Below are positions 12,625-24,903 of a stretch of 64,000 nt of DNA, in pieces (position 1 is the first letter of the stretch; each line of letters opens with the position of its first letter). This stretch comes from Eledone cirrhosa (Eukaryota): the NCBI GenBank assembly GCA_964016885.1, contig OZ024765.1:1984001-2048000 (forward strand), written 5' to 3'. A program made the position numbers and the translations under genes. The notes beneath the pieces are model-generated. The model ran no database searches and was not told where the DNA came from. It worked only from the letters and a program-made list of their open reading frames with translations.

Positions 12625-12696
12625 CAGGGTGTCCCACAAAATATATATGCACTTCAACGGCGTTCTAATAAATATGTATATACATTTTTGGGGACA
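12500..12696. mobile_element. Two ~78-bp Tc1/mariner-type MITEs
   Basis: TIR (T/C)AGGGTGTCCC(C)AAAAAATGTATACAC ... GTGTATACATTTTTTGAGACACCCTG with TA flanks, at 12500-12577 and 12625-12696. Confidence 0.8.
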
Positions 12697-12716
12697 TACA
12701 TTTAAATATACACACA

Positions 12717-12756
<40 letters not shown>

Positions 12757-12757
12757 C

Positions 12758-12827
<70 letters not shown>

Positions 12828-12973
12828 ATATTATGTCCCCAAACATATATATATATATATATAGAGGAGGTTATAGTTCACTTGAAGCATTGTGTAATGA
12901 GGTATAAACGTTTGTATATGTATAATAAAGCCAAAACAATGCAGGAATGGACATAGAATAACCACTTTACTTC

Positions 12974-13008
12974 CCTCTGAAGAAGAGATATTATCTCGAA
13001 AATTAAGG
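12974..13008 (+). ncRNA. Minimal hammerhead ribozyme motif
   Basis: CCT-CTGAAGA-A-GAGATA(T)TATCTC-GAAA-AT-TA-AGG, lying between ~58-bp inverted repeats at 12903-12961 and 13071-13128. Confidence 0.6.
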
Positions 13009-13123
13009 ACATTTAAATAAATCTAAGGTAAAAGACTAATTGTCAACAATATCTTTTGCATTTGCATTCTTTATTCTATGTCCATACCTGCATTGTTTTG
13101 GCTTTATTATACATATACAAACG

Positions 13124-13215
<92 letters not shown>

Positions 13216-13386
13216 TACATAAACGGAGAAAGCTAATAGCGATACTCCGGCCAAATCCCAACTCACTCAACAAACATTAGGAAATACCTGAGTATATTCC
13301 TAATTAAACATTCGGGGTGCTAACTAATTGTATTGCGTGGAAAATTGGTTGTATCATTTTATATGAGATATATCATATATATATAT

Positions 13387-13461
13387 AGTACTCAATACTT
13401 AGAGTAGTAGAGTGGGTAATAGGAAAATGTATGAACCCGACGGCAGAGCTCAAGCCGTTTC
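13387..13461 (-). mobile_element. Family A fragment
   Basis: AGTACTCAATACTTAG...AAGCCGTTTC within (TA)n. Confidence 0.8.
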
Positions 13462-13791
13462 ATATATATATACATACACACATATATATATATACACATA
13501 TATATAAATAAATGAATCGTTGCTGGAGACGTAGGGACGCCATCCTGGTATACAAATAGTCAAGCACATCTTACAGGTTGTCTTTACGCTATTTGAACTT
13601 AAACTGTTGAGATCCAAGCAAGGAGGAACACAGCAGAAAAAGTAAAAAAAACAACATTCTAACGTCTGTCAAATTGGCAGTCACAGACTCTTGTATAGAT
13701 ATATGGAGCTATGTATGTATATGTGTATGTATATACATATATATATGTAGCTGTATGTATATATGTATCTGTATGTGTGTATGTATGCATA

Positions 13792-13834
<43 letters not shown>

Positions 13835-13859
13835 AGCTGTATGTATGTATATGTGTATG

Positions 13860-13912
<53 letters not shown>

Positions 13913-14649
13913 GTATGTATGTATATGTGTATGTATGTATGTATGTATATATATATATATCTGTATGTATGTATGTATATATATATATATATATCTGTAT
14001 GTATGTATGTATGTATATATATATCTGTATGTATGTATGTATGTATATGTATATATATATATATATATATCTGTATGTATGTATATGTGTATGTATGTAT
14101 ATATGTATCTGTATGTGTGTATGTATGCGTATGTGTATATATATATATATATGTAGCTGTATGTATGTATATGTGTATGTATGTATGTATATATATATAT
14201 ATCTGTATGTATGTATGTATGTATATGTGTATGTATATATATCTGTATGTGCGTATGTATGAATATATATGTATATGTGTATGTATATATATATCTGTAT
14301 GTATGTATATGTGTATATATATGTAACTGTATGTGTATATGTATGTATATATATGTATATGTATGTGTATATGTATATGTGTATATATATATATATATCT
14401 GTATGTACGTATGTATGTTCGAATATATGTCTGTATGTTCGAATATATGTCTGTATGTATGTATATGTGTATGTATATATATGTATGTATATATATATAT
14501 ATATGGCTGTATGTATGTATATGTATCTGTATGTATGTATGTATATGTATATATATATCTGTATATGTGCATGTATGTATGTATATGTGTATATATATAT
14601 ATATGTATCTGTATGTATGTATATATATGTATGCATGCGTCTATGTATG

Positions 14650-14693
<44 letters not shown>

Positions 14694-14803
14694 CGTATCT
14701 GTGTATATGTGTATGTATGTGTATACATGTGTATGTACGTATCTATCTATATACATATCTATATGAATATCTGTGTATCTAATTGTATGTGTGTGTGTAT
14801 ATT

Positions 14804-14904
<101 letters not shown>

Positions 14905-15066
14905 AATAAACTTAGATATACATACATATACATATATATATATATATATATATAGATGTATATGTGTGTGTACACATACGGATACATAAATGTACATATA
15001 TACATATATATATATATAAGTTGACGCGACTAGCATGGGTTTCACTGCTAGTACCGGTTACATGCT

Positions 15067-15123
<57 letters not shown>

Positions 15124-15189
15124 CTATATATACACCAACACTCGATCAACTTCGGACTCGAAGTTGATCGAGTGTTGGTGTATATATAG

Positions 15190-15243
<54 letters not shown>

Positions 15244-15246
<3 letters not shown>

Positions 15247-15305
15247 TTTATCCCGGGTTCAATCGGGGGTAACCACAGTAAGTAAGGTACTCAATACATA
15301 GCAGA

Positions 15306-15356
<51 letters not shown>

Positions 15357-15417
15357 ATATTTAACATAGAAATGGCTTCTACAAGACTAGAACTGTTTCA
15401 TTCGGGAGAAATCATCA
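15244..15417 (-). mobile_element. Family D pLTR-like element with hammerhead-like motif
   Basis: Minus strand TGATGA-TTTC(TCCC)GAAT-GAAAC-AGTTCTA-GTC. Homologs at 25893-26022, 42908-43018 and 58468-58680. Confidence 0.6.
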
Positions 15418-15446
15418 TTATATATACACACACATATATATATATA

Positions 15447-15489
<43 letters not shown>

Positions 15490-15644
15490 ATATATATATG
15501 TGTGTATATAAACGTGTATATATGTCAGTTATTCTACATAGCAAGTCTAAATATGTCAACTTACCGCAAGTAAACGACTTTGCCTTGGTGAAAACTTGGA
15601 TTGTAAACAGACCCGTTGAGTTATCACCGCAGACTTCACTAGCT

Positions 15645-17235
15645 TGTAGTAGTAGTAGTAGTGGTGGTGGTGGTGGGGGGGGGGGGGGTCGTGGGGGTGG
15701 TCGTGGTGGTCGTGTGGGGGGGTAGTGTTGGTTGTGTGGGGGGGGGGGTTGTGGTGGTCGTGGGGGTGGTCGTGGTGGTAGTGTTGGTTGTGGGGGTGGT
15801 TGTGGTGGTAGTGTTGGTTGTGGGGGTGGTTGTGGTGGTCGTGGGGGTGGTGGTCGTGATGGTAGTGTTGGTTGTGGTCGTGGTTGTGGTGGTTGTAGTG
15901 GTAGTAGCGTGTGGTGGGGTGGTAGTGGTGGTCGTGGTGGTAGTGTTGATTGTGGTGGTCGTGGTGGTAGTGTTGGTCGTGGTGGTCGTGGTGGTAGTGT
16001 TGGTCGTGGTGGTCGTGGTGGTAGTGTTGGTTGTGGGGGTGGGGGTGGTTGTGGTGGTTGTAGTGGTAGTAGCGTGTGGTGGGGTGGTAGTGGTGGTCGT
16101 GGTGGTAGTGTTGGTTGTGGTGGTCGTGGTGGTAGTGTTGGTTGTGGGGGTGGGGGTGGGGGTGGTGGTTGTAGTGGTAGTAGCGTGTGGTGGGGTGGTA
16201 GTGGTGGTCGTGGTGGTAGTAGTGGGGGTGGTGGTTTTTGGAGTGGTGGTTGTAATGTAGTAGTAGTGGTGGTTGTTGTGGGGGTGGGGGTAATGGTAGT
16301 GGTTGTGGTTGTTGTTGTAGTGGGGGTGGTCGTGGTGGTTGTAATGGTGTAGCTTGTAGTAGTAGTAGTAGTGGTAGTAGTGATAGTGGTTGTGGTAGTG
16401 GTTGTGGAGGTGGTGTGGGTGTTGTAATGGTGTAGCGTGTAGTAGTAGTAGTAGTGGTAGTAGTGATAGTGGTTGTGGAGGTGGTGTGGGTGTTGGTCGT
16501 TTTTGGAGTGGTGGTGTTTGTTGTTGTGGAAGTTGTGGTGTAGGTGGTAGTGTTGGTGTGGGGGTGTGCAAGTGGGGGGAGGTGTATAGCGGTGGTGGTG
16601 GTTATTGTTGTGGTGGTTGTGGTGTGTGGTTGTAGTGGTGATAGTAGTGGTGGTGTAGGTGGTAGTGGTGATAGTAGTGGTGGTGGTGTTATGTGGTTGT
16701 GGGGGTTGTAGTGGTGATAGTAGTGGTGGTGTAGGTGGTAGTGGTGATAGTAGTGGTGGTGTAGGTGGTAGTGGTGATAGTAGTGGTGGTGGTGTTATGT
16801 GGTTGTGGTGGTGGTGGTTGTAGTGGTGATAATAGTGGTGGTAGTGGTGGTGGTGGTGTAGGTGGTAGTGGTTGTTGTTGTGGTCGAGGAGGTAGTATTG
16901 GTTGTAGTAGTAGTAGTGGTGGTAGTTCAGCTATAACCACTTAGTTTTTGATAGTAACGTTGGCAGTAGTAGTAGTAGCAGTAATAATAGTAGTATTAGT
17001 AGTAGTGGTGCTGATTGTATTAAGTGCAGTAGTAGTATAAGTAATAGTATTAGTAGTTTAGCAGTAGCGGTAATAGTACTAATAGTAGTAGCAGTAGTAG
17101 TTATAATATAAATAGCTGTAACAGTAATAGCAGAAGTAATAATAGTATTAGTGGTAGTAGTAATTATACTACTAGTAGTAGTAGTTATAGTACTACTACT
17201 AGTAGTAGTAGTACTACTACTAGTAGTAGTAATAG
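15645..17235. repeat. (GGT)/(TAG) low-complexity tract
   Basis: Seen directly. Confidence 0.95.
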
Positions 17236-17379
17236 TTTGAAAATATATTTCCCCCAAACCACTCAGCATGTGTTGTCCTTTCACATTTCCCTCTTCTCTG
17301 TCTCTCGTATAACATTTCACAACACAAATCCTGTTCTTATCGTAACAAACCCAGATATATAAGTTAAAGATAAATTAAC

Positions 17380-18450
17380 TACTTTACTAACGTGTAATTA
17401 ATTATTATAGAATTAATAGAACCCCTTAAATTGTAACCCTTTAAAATTGGGTGGTTTTACTTCATAGAACCAGGGCTGGTTTCGGTTGGGTTAGTTTGAA
17501 AAGGGCGAAATAAAAACCCTTGAATCATTAGAACATCTGACTGATGAAATGACAAGTCAGTCAATCATATCGGTGGCCTCCCCACAGCCCCGGCGGACAG
17601 AATGGAGAAGGAGTTTCTCCCGGGCACGGCAAGGAAGACGCGCTGGAACCCTTTAAAAGGGGTGGTTTTATTTCATAGAACCAAAGTTGGTTCCGGTTGG
17701 GTTGGTACCAAAATGTTTCATGAAAAATGTTAAGGGTTTTAATTAAATTATTAATTATTTCATTACTAAGATAGTACCTTAATGTCAGGTTCTTATATAT
17801 AAAAAAAAATGGTGGAAGATTTTTATTTAAATAGGAACCCTGTAGAACCAGAACTGGTTTTGACCAAGTTGGTGTGAAAAGAGTCAAGGAAAGTTTTTTA
17901 ATGGATTTACTAAAATTATTTTCGTTGTTATTAGTAAAATAATAACAAATGATTCTTTTAAATTATTAAGTCAGAATATTTCAATTTAAATAGGATTACT
18001 GTATTTTAATTAATTAAGGAAGAATTTTAAAGGATTTACTAAAATTATTAATTATTTCTATATAAAATTATGTTGGAATATTTTTATTTAAATAAAAACT
18101 CTTTAAAAGGGGTGAGTTTGTTTCATAGAACCAGAGATGATTTTGACCAGGCTGGTATCAAAAGGGTTAATGAAGAATTTCTAGGGATTTACTAAAAATA
18201 TTAATTATTTCATTAGTAAAATAATAACAAATGATTCTAATAAATTATTAAGTAGAATATTTTAATTTAAATAGGATTAGTATATTTTAATTAATTAATG
18301 AAGAATTTCTAGGAATTTATTTACTAAAAGTATTAATTATTTCATTCCTAATATATAAAATTATGTTGAAAGACCTTAATTTAAATAGGAACCCTTTAAA
18401 AGGGGTGAGTTTGTCTCCTTGAACCAGAACCAGTTTTAACCGGGTTACTA
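17380..18450. repeat. Degenerate repeats derived from piggyBac-like MITE internals
   Basis: Recurring TTTAAATAGGAACCCTTTAAAAGGGGTG...TCATAGAACCAG, plus GGTATCAAAAGGGTTAA at about 18153-18170. Confidence 0.5.
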
Positions 18451-18920
18451 ACAAACTAAAAGATACAAACTTGTCAAATATTTTATGTTACGTTGGGAGG
18501 AAGTTAAAAAAAAATATTAAACGTTTGTTATCGATTAACCTTTATTGATTTTACGACATAAATTAGGTTATTATCGAAATAAATAAATAAATATGTATAT
18601 ATATTTTTTTTCTTTAAAAAATGTGTTTTTCGTTTTGTTTTGTTTCCGTTGGTTATCTTGTCTTTTTTTGGTTAATTTTTTTAAGTTTATATAGATATAT
18701 ATATACACACACACAAACTCATGCTTACGCACGTGCTCAAGTACAGCTCTTTTTACTAAACGTTTTTTTTTTTTCATTTCAGGTAGACGCGCGCCATCAT
18801 CCAATTTTCTAAAAAAAACAAATCATACACAAAACGCCAGCACCAACAGTTTTGCCAGAGATGACAACATGAATGGACCTATCCCGCCCGTCCCCTTAAT
18901 CTATTTTATTTCTCCTTCTT

Positions 18921-18956
18921 TCTTCTGATGAAGGACTAGCGTCCGAAACGTTAAGA
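18921..18956 (+). ncRNA. Minimal type I hammerhead ribozyme (family F element 18869-19040)
   Basis: TCTT-CTGATGA-A-GGAC(TAGC)GTCC-GAAA-CG-TT-AAGA: stem I, stem II and a palindromic ACGT stem III are all present. Confidence 0.75.
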
Positions 18957-19050
18957 CCCTCTTCCTGCTATATTAAGCGTTAACCTAATATATTCCTTCC
19001 ATATACTGTACCGATTGTGTTGTTATTTCTGTTACCTTCTACATATATAT

Positions 19051-19459
19051 ATAACGAAGGAAGTGTGGTAAAGAACCAGGTGGACCATAACGCACCAGAG
19101 TACTCGATACTTTGGGTAGTAGAGTGGGTAATAGGAAAAGGTTCAGGCCCCCGACGGCAGAGCTGAAGCCGTTTCGACGGCTATTTCTGGTCCAGAAATA
19201 GCCGTCGAAACGGCTTCAGCTCTGCTGTCGGGGTCCTGACTCTTTTCCTATATATATATATATAACGAAGGAAATGTGGTAAGGAACCAGATGGACCATA
19301 ATGCACCAAAGTACTCAATACTTAGAGTGTAGAGTGGGTAATAGGAACGAGTAGGACCCCGACGGCTGAGCTCAAGCCGTTTCGACGGCTAATTCTGGAC
19401 TCAGAATTAGCCGTCGAAACGGCTTGAGCTCAGCCGTCGGGGTCCTACTCGTTCCTATA
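19051..19459. mobile_element. Two adjacent family A elements, each with a fold-back palindrome
   Basis: Copies at 19051-19251 and 19262-19459. Arms ATAGGAA...GTTTCGACGGCT / AGCCGTCGAAAC...TTCCTAT. Confidence 0.85.
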
Positions 19460-20129
19460 TATATATATAGATAGAGAGAGAAATATATATATATGATTAA
19501 ATACTTAAATCCTAGAGCGATTAATTTCTTTATTAACAAAAGACACAGCTTAAGTTTTTTTTTTTTTGAAATAATGAAGAATTTTTAGAGGATTTTGTCA
19601 CATTTCAGTAAATGTTTGATACAACCCTTCCTTTATAATTTCTTTAATATTGCAACATTAAAGGAATATATACTTCTGAAAAATCGCGAGCAATTTATAA
19701 TGTTATCTAAGCATTTGTAATGTTATTTATGTATATATTTAAAACATATTTGTTATGTTTTAAATTTATTTATATGCTCTGTATAATAAAAGTTTACCTA
19801 TAGTTAAGAAAAGTTCTTGAAAAAAAATTTACGATGGAAGGTTTTTAGATAAAAATAAATACAATAGACTTTTTGTGCATTATATCTATATACTTATAAC
19901 GTTCCTAATAATAATTAATTGATATATACACATTTATTTACTCTTATAAGTGTATTATATACACATGCAAAAATATATACACATACAAAAAACATTTACA
20001 TATATAAATAGATTTTAAAAAGACACGATGCATATTTTAGAATTTTAAAATAAATATCTTGGAACTAAGAGCGGTTTCAGGCTGTTTGATGTTAGTGAAT
20101 AGAATGAACTTATTCGTGGAAAAAATATA

Positions 20130-20208
20130 TAGGGTGTCCCCCAAAAATGTATACACATGTTTATTAGAATGATGTTGAAGTGTGTATATATATTTTTGGG
20201 ACACCTTG
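20130..20208. mobile_element. Tc1/mariner-type MITE
   Basis: Same TIRs as 12500-12577. Confidence 0.8.
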
Positions 20209-20504
20209 TATATATGTTACATATTATAAATATAGACTAATGACCGAAAAGTTTCATAAAATTGAACAACCTTATTAAATGTTATGTGTGGTGGTGTGGT
20301 GTGGTGTGGTGGGTAGTGTTGTGTGGTGTCTTGTGTTGGTGGTGTGGGGCTGTGTTGTGTGGTGTGGTATGGTGTTATACTGTGGTGTTGTGGTTTTGTG
20401 CTGTGTTATTGCATGGTGTGTTGTGGTATGGTGGTGTGTTATAGAGTTAAGCTGTAGTGCTGTGCTATGCTATGCTGCGTTCGAGAGGTTAATAATAATA
20501 ATAA

Positions 20505-20710
20505 TGGTTTCATTTATTGACCACAAGGGCTGACATGTAGAGGACAATACAAAGACAGGGACAGTGGGGGGTTTACAATAAGGTCGAGTAAAGGTGCACA
20601 ATGGCAAGACTAATTTAACAATGTAGATATAAAAAATATAAAATAAACTATGCATAAATATAACAAAATAAATTCCCCGTTGTGGTGCCCTGCAGTGTCC
20701 GGGAGGTTAA
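20505..20710 (-). mobile_element. LINE 3' UTR end (Tx1/L1-like family)
   Basis: Reverse-complement homolog of 11255-11352. Confidence 0.55.
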
Positions 20711-21086
20711 CAACAATAATAACACATTTAAACCGGATCCGTTTTATAGATGGAAGAAACGAACGAAGGAACGGACGAGAAGAATAAAGAAACTATCAAC
20801 AAAGCCTTCTAGTGTTGAAGAATTCCCGATGCTGTGTTTCAACGTAAACTTCATATACAAACCAGTGTTTCTTTCTTTGCCACAAAAAAGATCAAACAAG
20901 TTGTGTGTGTGTATGTGTAGTTTTTTTTAGTTTTTTAAATATCTTTTTGTGGTTTCAATTCATAGAAGGTGAAAAAAAAAACAAAAAAAAACTACCAGCA
21001 AGCTATAAGAAGTACCACCATTACCATTAGTATCATCACCATCATCAGCATCAACCTCTGTAGTTTTATATTCCTATTGGGTGGCG

Positions 21087-22500
21087 TGAAGATGCGTCGC
21101 TTTGTGGTTAGGGGGTGGGTGGATTCGGCTCACACTCGTAAGTTCGTGAGTTCGGTTCCCGGTGGCGTGTTGTGTCCTTGAGCAAGACACTTTATTTCAT
21201 GTTGCTCCAGTCCACTGTGTCCTTGAGCAAGACACTTTATTTCATGTTGCTCCAGTCCACTGTGTCCTTGAGCAAGACACTTTATTTCATGTTACTCCAG
21301 TCCACTGTGTCCTTGAGCAAGACACTTTATTTCATGTTGCACCAGTCCACTGTGTCCTTGAGCAAGACACTTTATTTCATGTTGCTCCACTCCATTGTGT
21401 CCTTGAGCAAGACACTTTATTTCATGTTGCCCCAGTCCACTGTGTCCTTGAGCAAGACACTTTATTTCACGTTGCTCCAGTCCACTGTGTCCTTGAGCAA
21501 GACACTTTATTTCATATTGCTCCAGTTCACTGTGTCCTTGAGCAAGACACTTTATTACATGTTGCTCCAGTCCACTATGTCCTTGAACAAGACACTTTAT
21601 TTCACGTTGCTCCAGTCTACTGTGTCCTTGAGCAAGACACTTTATTTCATATTGCTCCAGTCCACTGTGTCCTTGAGCAAGACACTTTATTTCATATTGC
21701 TCCAGTCCACTGTGTCCTTGAGCAAGACACTTTATTTCATGTTGCTCCAGTCCACTGTGTCCTTGAACAAGACACTTTATTTCACGTTGCTCCAGTCCAC
21801 TGTGTCCTTGAGCAAGACACTTTATTACATGTTGCTCCAGTCCACTATGTCCTTGAACAAGACACTTTATTTCACGTTGCTCCAGTCCACTGTGTCCTTG
21901 AGCAAGACACTTTATTTCATATTGCTCCAGTCCACTGTGTCCTTGAGCAAGACACTTTATTTCATGTTGCTCCAGTCCACTGTGTCCTTGAGCAAGACAC
22001 TTTATTACATGTTGCTCCAGTCCACTGTGTCCTTGAGAAAGACACTTTATTACACGTTGCTCCAGTCCACTGTGTCCTTGAGCAAGACACTTTATTTCAT
22101 GTTGCTCCAGTCCACTGTGTCCTTGAGCAAGACACTTTATTACATGTTGCTCCAGTCCACTGTGTCCTTGAGCAAGACACTTTATTTCATGTTGCTCCAG
22201 TCCACTGTGTCCTTGAGCAAGACACTTTATTTCATGTTGCTCCAGTCCATTGTGTCCTTGAGCAAGACACTTTATTTCACGTGGCTCCAGTCAACCCAAC
22301 TGGCAAAAATTGAATTGTACCAGTAATTCAAAGGGCCAGGCTTGTCACATTCAGTGTCATGCTGAATCTCCCTGAGTATTACGTTAAAGGTACACGTGTC
22401 CGTGGAATGAATGCTCAGCCACTTGCACGTTAATTTCACTAGCAGGCTGTTCCATTAATCGGATCAACTGGAACACTCGGCGTCGTAACTGACGGAGTCC
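21087..22500 (+). mobile_element. tRNA-CORE SINE whose core is amplified into 25 x 45-bp units (21171-22292)
   Basis: tRNA-like head (B box GAGTTCGGTTCCC), unit TGTGTCCTTGAGCAAGACACTTTATTTCATGTTGCTCCAGTCCAC, then a unique SINE 3' part. Confidence 0.85.
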
Positions 22501-22683
22501 CTTTTGTTGTGTTAAAGAATTTCAGATTTGGTGTCGTCGGACGAAAAATTATTAACTCTTTCATTACGTTTTTTTGTTAATAAAATATGCAATATTTGAA
22601 TTAACTCAAAAAAGAATTTTGAGGGATTTAAAAAAAAAAGAAGTTAATTTTATTATTTTTTGAAATTATATTTGTGAAACGAT

Positions 22684-22764
<81 letters not shown>

Positions 22765-22789
22765 AAATAAAATTATGTTTGAAGATGTG

Positions 22790-23670
22790 AAATTTTAATT
22801 TAAATAAGAACTCTCAAATACGGGTGGTTTTTTGATCCAGAAAGAAATATTTAAATTTAAATTGAAACGCTTTAATATGTGTGACTTTGGTTTCAGAAAG
22901 AATTATAGAAATCCTTTAATATGTGTGGTTTTAGGAAGAATTATTTTAATTTAAATTGAAACCCTTTAATTTGTGTGTCTATGGTTCCAGAAAGAAATAT
23001 TTTACTTCAAATAAAAACCTTTCAATATGTGTGGTTTTAGTTTCAGAAAGAATTATTTTAATTTAAATTGAAACCCTTTAATTTGTGTGTATTTGGTTCC
23101 AGAAAGAAATATTTTAATTTAAATAAGAACTTTTTAATTTGTGTGGTTTTGTAAAGTGAAATTATCACATGATCCATATGACAGATGTAATGTGTCCGAA
23201 CACTGAGGAGCCGAACTCCCACTGTCATCTCCTCCATCTCTCTCGCCCTCCCCATCTCTTTCATGTACACCAGGTCCGAACACTGAGGAGCCGAACTCCC
23301 ACTGTCATCGCCTCCATAGAGAGAGAGAGAGGGAGAGAGAGAATTACATTTTAAATAGTGTTCCTTATTACAGGTGGATTTTTGTTTCGGAGGGAAAGAG
23401 AATTTAATTTAAAAAAGAACCCTTAATACGTTTTTTCTTTTTTTTTTTTTGTCCCAGAGTGAAATAATTCAATTTTAAATAGGACCCCTTAATACAGATT
23501 ATTTTGTTGTTCCAGAGAGAGGGGGTGAGGTGAGGGGGGGGGCGAAAGAGGGATAGGGAGAGAGAGAGAGAGGGGGAATTCAATTTAAATAGGGACCCTT
23601 GATACAAGTTTTTGTTTCAAAGAGAAATAATTTAATTTTAAATAGGATCTTTTAATAAGGGTGTTTTTAT
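22790..23670. repeat. Degenerate ~60-bp tandem repeats
   Basis: Recurring TTTAATTTAAAT..AACCCTTTAAT..GTGTGG..CCAGAAAGAA; related to 17380-18450. Confidence 0.6.
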
Positions 23671-23684
23671 TTTGGTCCAGAGAA

Positions 23685-23735
<51 letters not shown>

Positions 23736-23803
23736 GGGAGAGGGAGAGGGAGAGAGAGAGAGAGAGAGAGAGAGAAACAGAGACATATGTAGATATATTT
23801 CAT

Positions 23804-23858
23804 CTGATGAACGAACCAGATGTTTCTGGGAGAATCGTTTAACCTCGTGAAACGTTGG
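23804..23858 (+). ncRNA. Hammerhead-like motif with extended stem II
   Basis: CTGATGA-ACGA-[30 nt including a CCAGA/TCTGG hairpin]-TCGT-GAAA-CG-TT; stem I is poor. Confidence 0.45.
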
Positions 23859-23892
23859 GTAATGGAATAATTATATTGGGTTGTTTATTATA

Positions 23893-23952
<60 letters not shown>

Positions 23953-23970
23953 TAAATTATATATATATAT

Positions 23971-24155
23971 ATAGGAACGAGTAGGACCCCGACGGCTGAG
24001 CTCAAGCCGTTTCGACGGCTAAATCTGGACTAAAACGAAACGGCTTGAGCTCAGCCGTTGGGGTCCTACTCGTTCCTATTACCCACTCTACTACCCTAAG
24101 TATTGAGTACTTTGGTGCGTTATGGTCCATCTGGTTCCTTACCACATTTCCTTCG

Positions 24156-24158
<3 letters not shown>
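23971..24158 (+). mobile_element. Family A element with fold-back
   Basis: 23971-24014 is inverted at 24036-24079. Confidence 0.85.
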
Positions 24159-24196
<38 letters not shown>

Positions 24197-24871
24197 TAAA
24201 GAGGCGGGCTGTGTTGTTACTGTAAAGGAAGTGTAAGAAAGTAATAGGGACGTAAAGAAGAGAAGCAAAATGCCCTTCATCAGCTGTATACCACGGATCA
24301 TAGATATTTCCATATATATATATATATATATATGACTCACCCACACACACCCAAAACAAATTTTTTTTCACACACGCCACCTACACCCATAACACGCTTA
24401 AACACCACACACACGTGCGTTCCGCCACATATTTACACATTCAGCCTCCGGATTCCTCTCCCCCCACCCCTCTATCCACACACGCACACACACTCCGACC
24501 TACACCCCACCCCACACACACCTCTTCCTGAACATGCAAGCCCGTTCTTCCCCCAACCCTTGCTTTCACATACACACACACACACACATGTACACCTACA
24601 CACACACACACACATGTACACCTACACACACACACACCACCTCCAGCCCTCCCCGCTCGGACACCCTGTCTCCCTCTCCCCACTCCACCCGCCACCACCC
24701 CTACACGCCCCAGACCCTTCCACCACCTGTTTTACCCCATTTTAATTTTATTTTAATCATGATCATTTATTTTTATTTTCATTAGCACCGTTTCCTCCCA
24801 CCCCCTTTTTGCTATATGTCTCTCCACCACTCCCCTACACACCCTTTGAACTCTCTTCCCACACACTTTTC

Positions 24872-24903
24872 ACCTGAAGAAGGGCTTATGCCCGAAACGT
24901 CGT
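24872..24903 (+). ncRNA. Minimal hammerhead ribozyme in a Penelope-like 3' end
   Basis: AC-CTGAAGA-A-GGGC(TTAT)GCCC-GAAA-CG-TC-GT, followed by AATAAA and then (TA)n. Confidence 0.7.

Noticed and set aside
18750-18870. Plus-strand splice acceptors (also near 20750, 48976, 59934)
   Set aside because: Acceptor-like signals, but frames are short or unrecognisable and cannot be linked into a gene without transcript data.
21162-22326. 383/384-aa repeat ORFs or a CRISPR-like array
   Set aside because: Head-to-tail 45-bp SINE-core repeats with no unique spacers; eukaryotic context.
23195-23312. Duplicated CTGAGGAGCCGAA as a hammerhead
   Set aside because: No stem II or III; a simple 35-bp local duplication.
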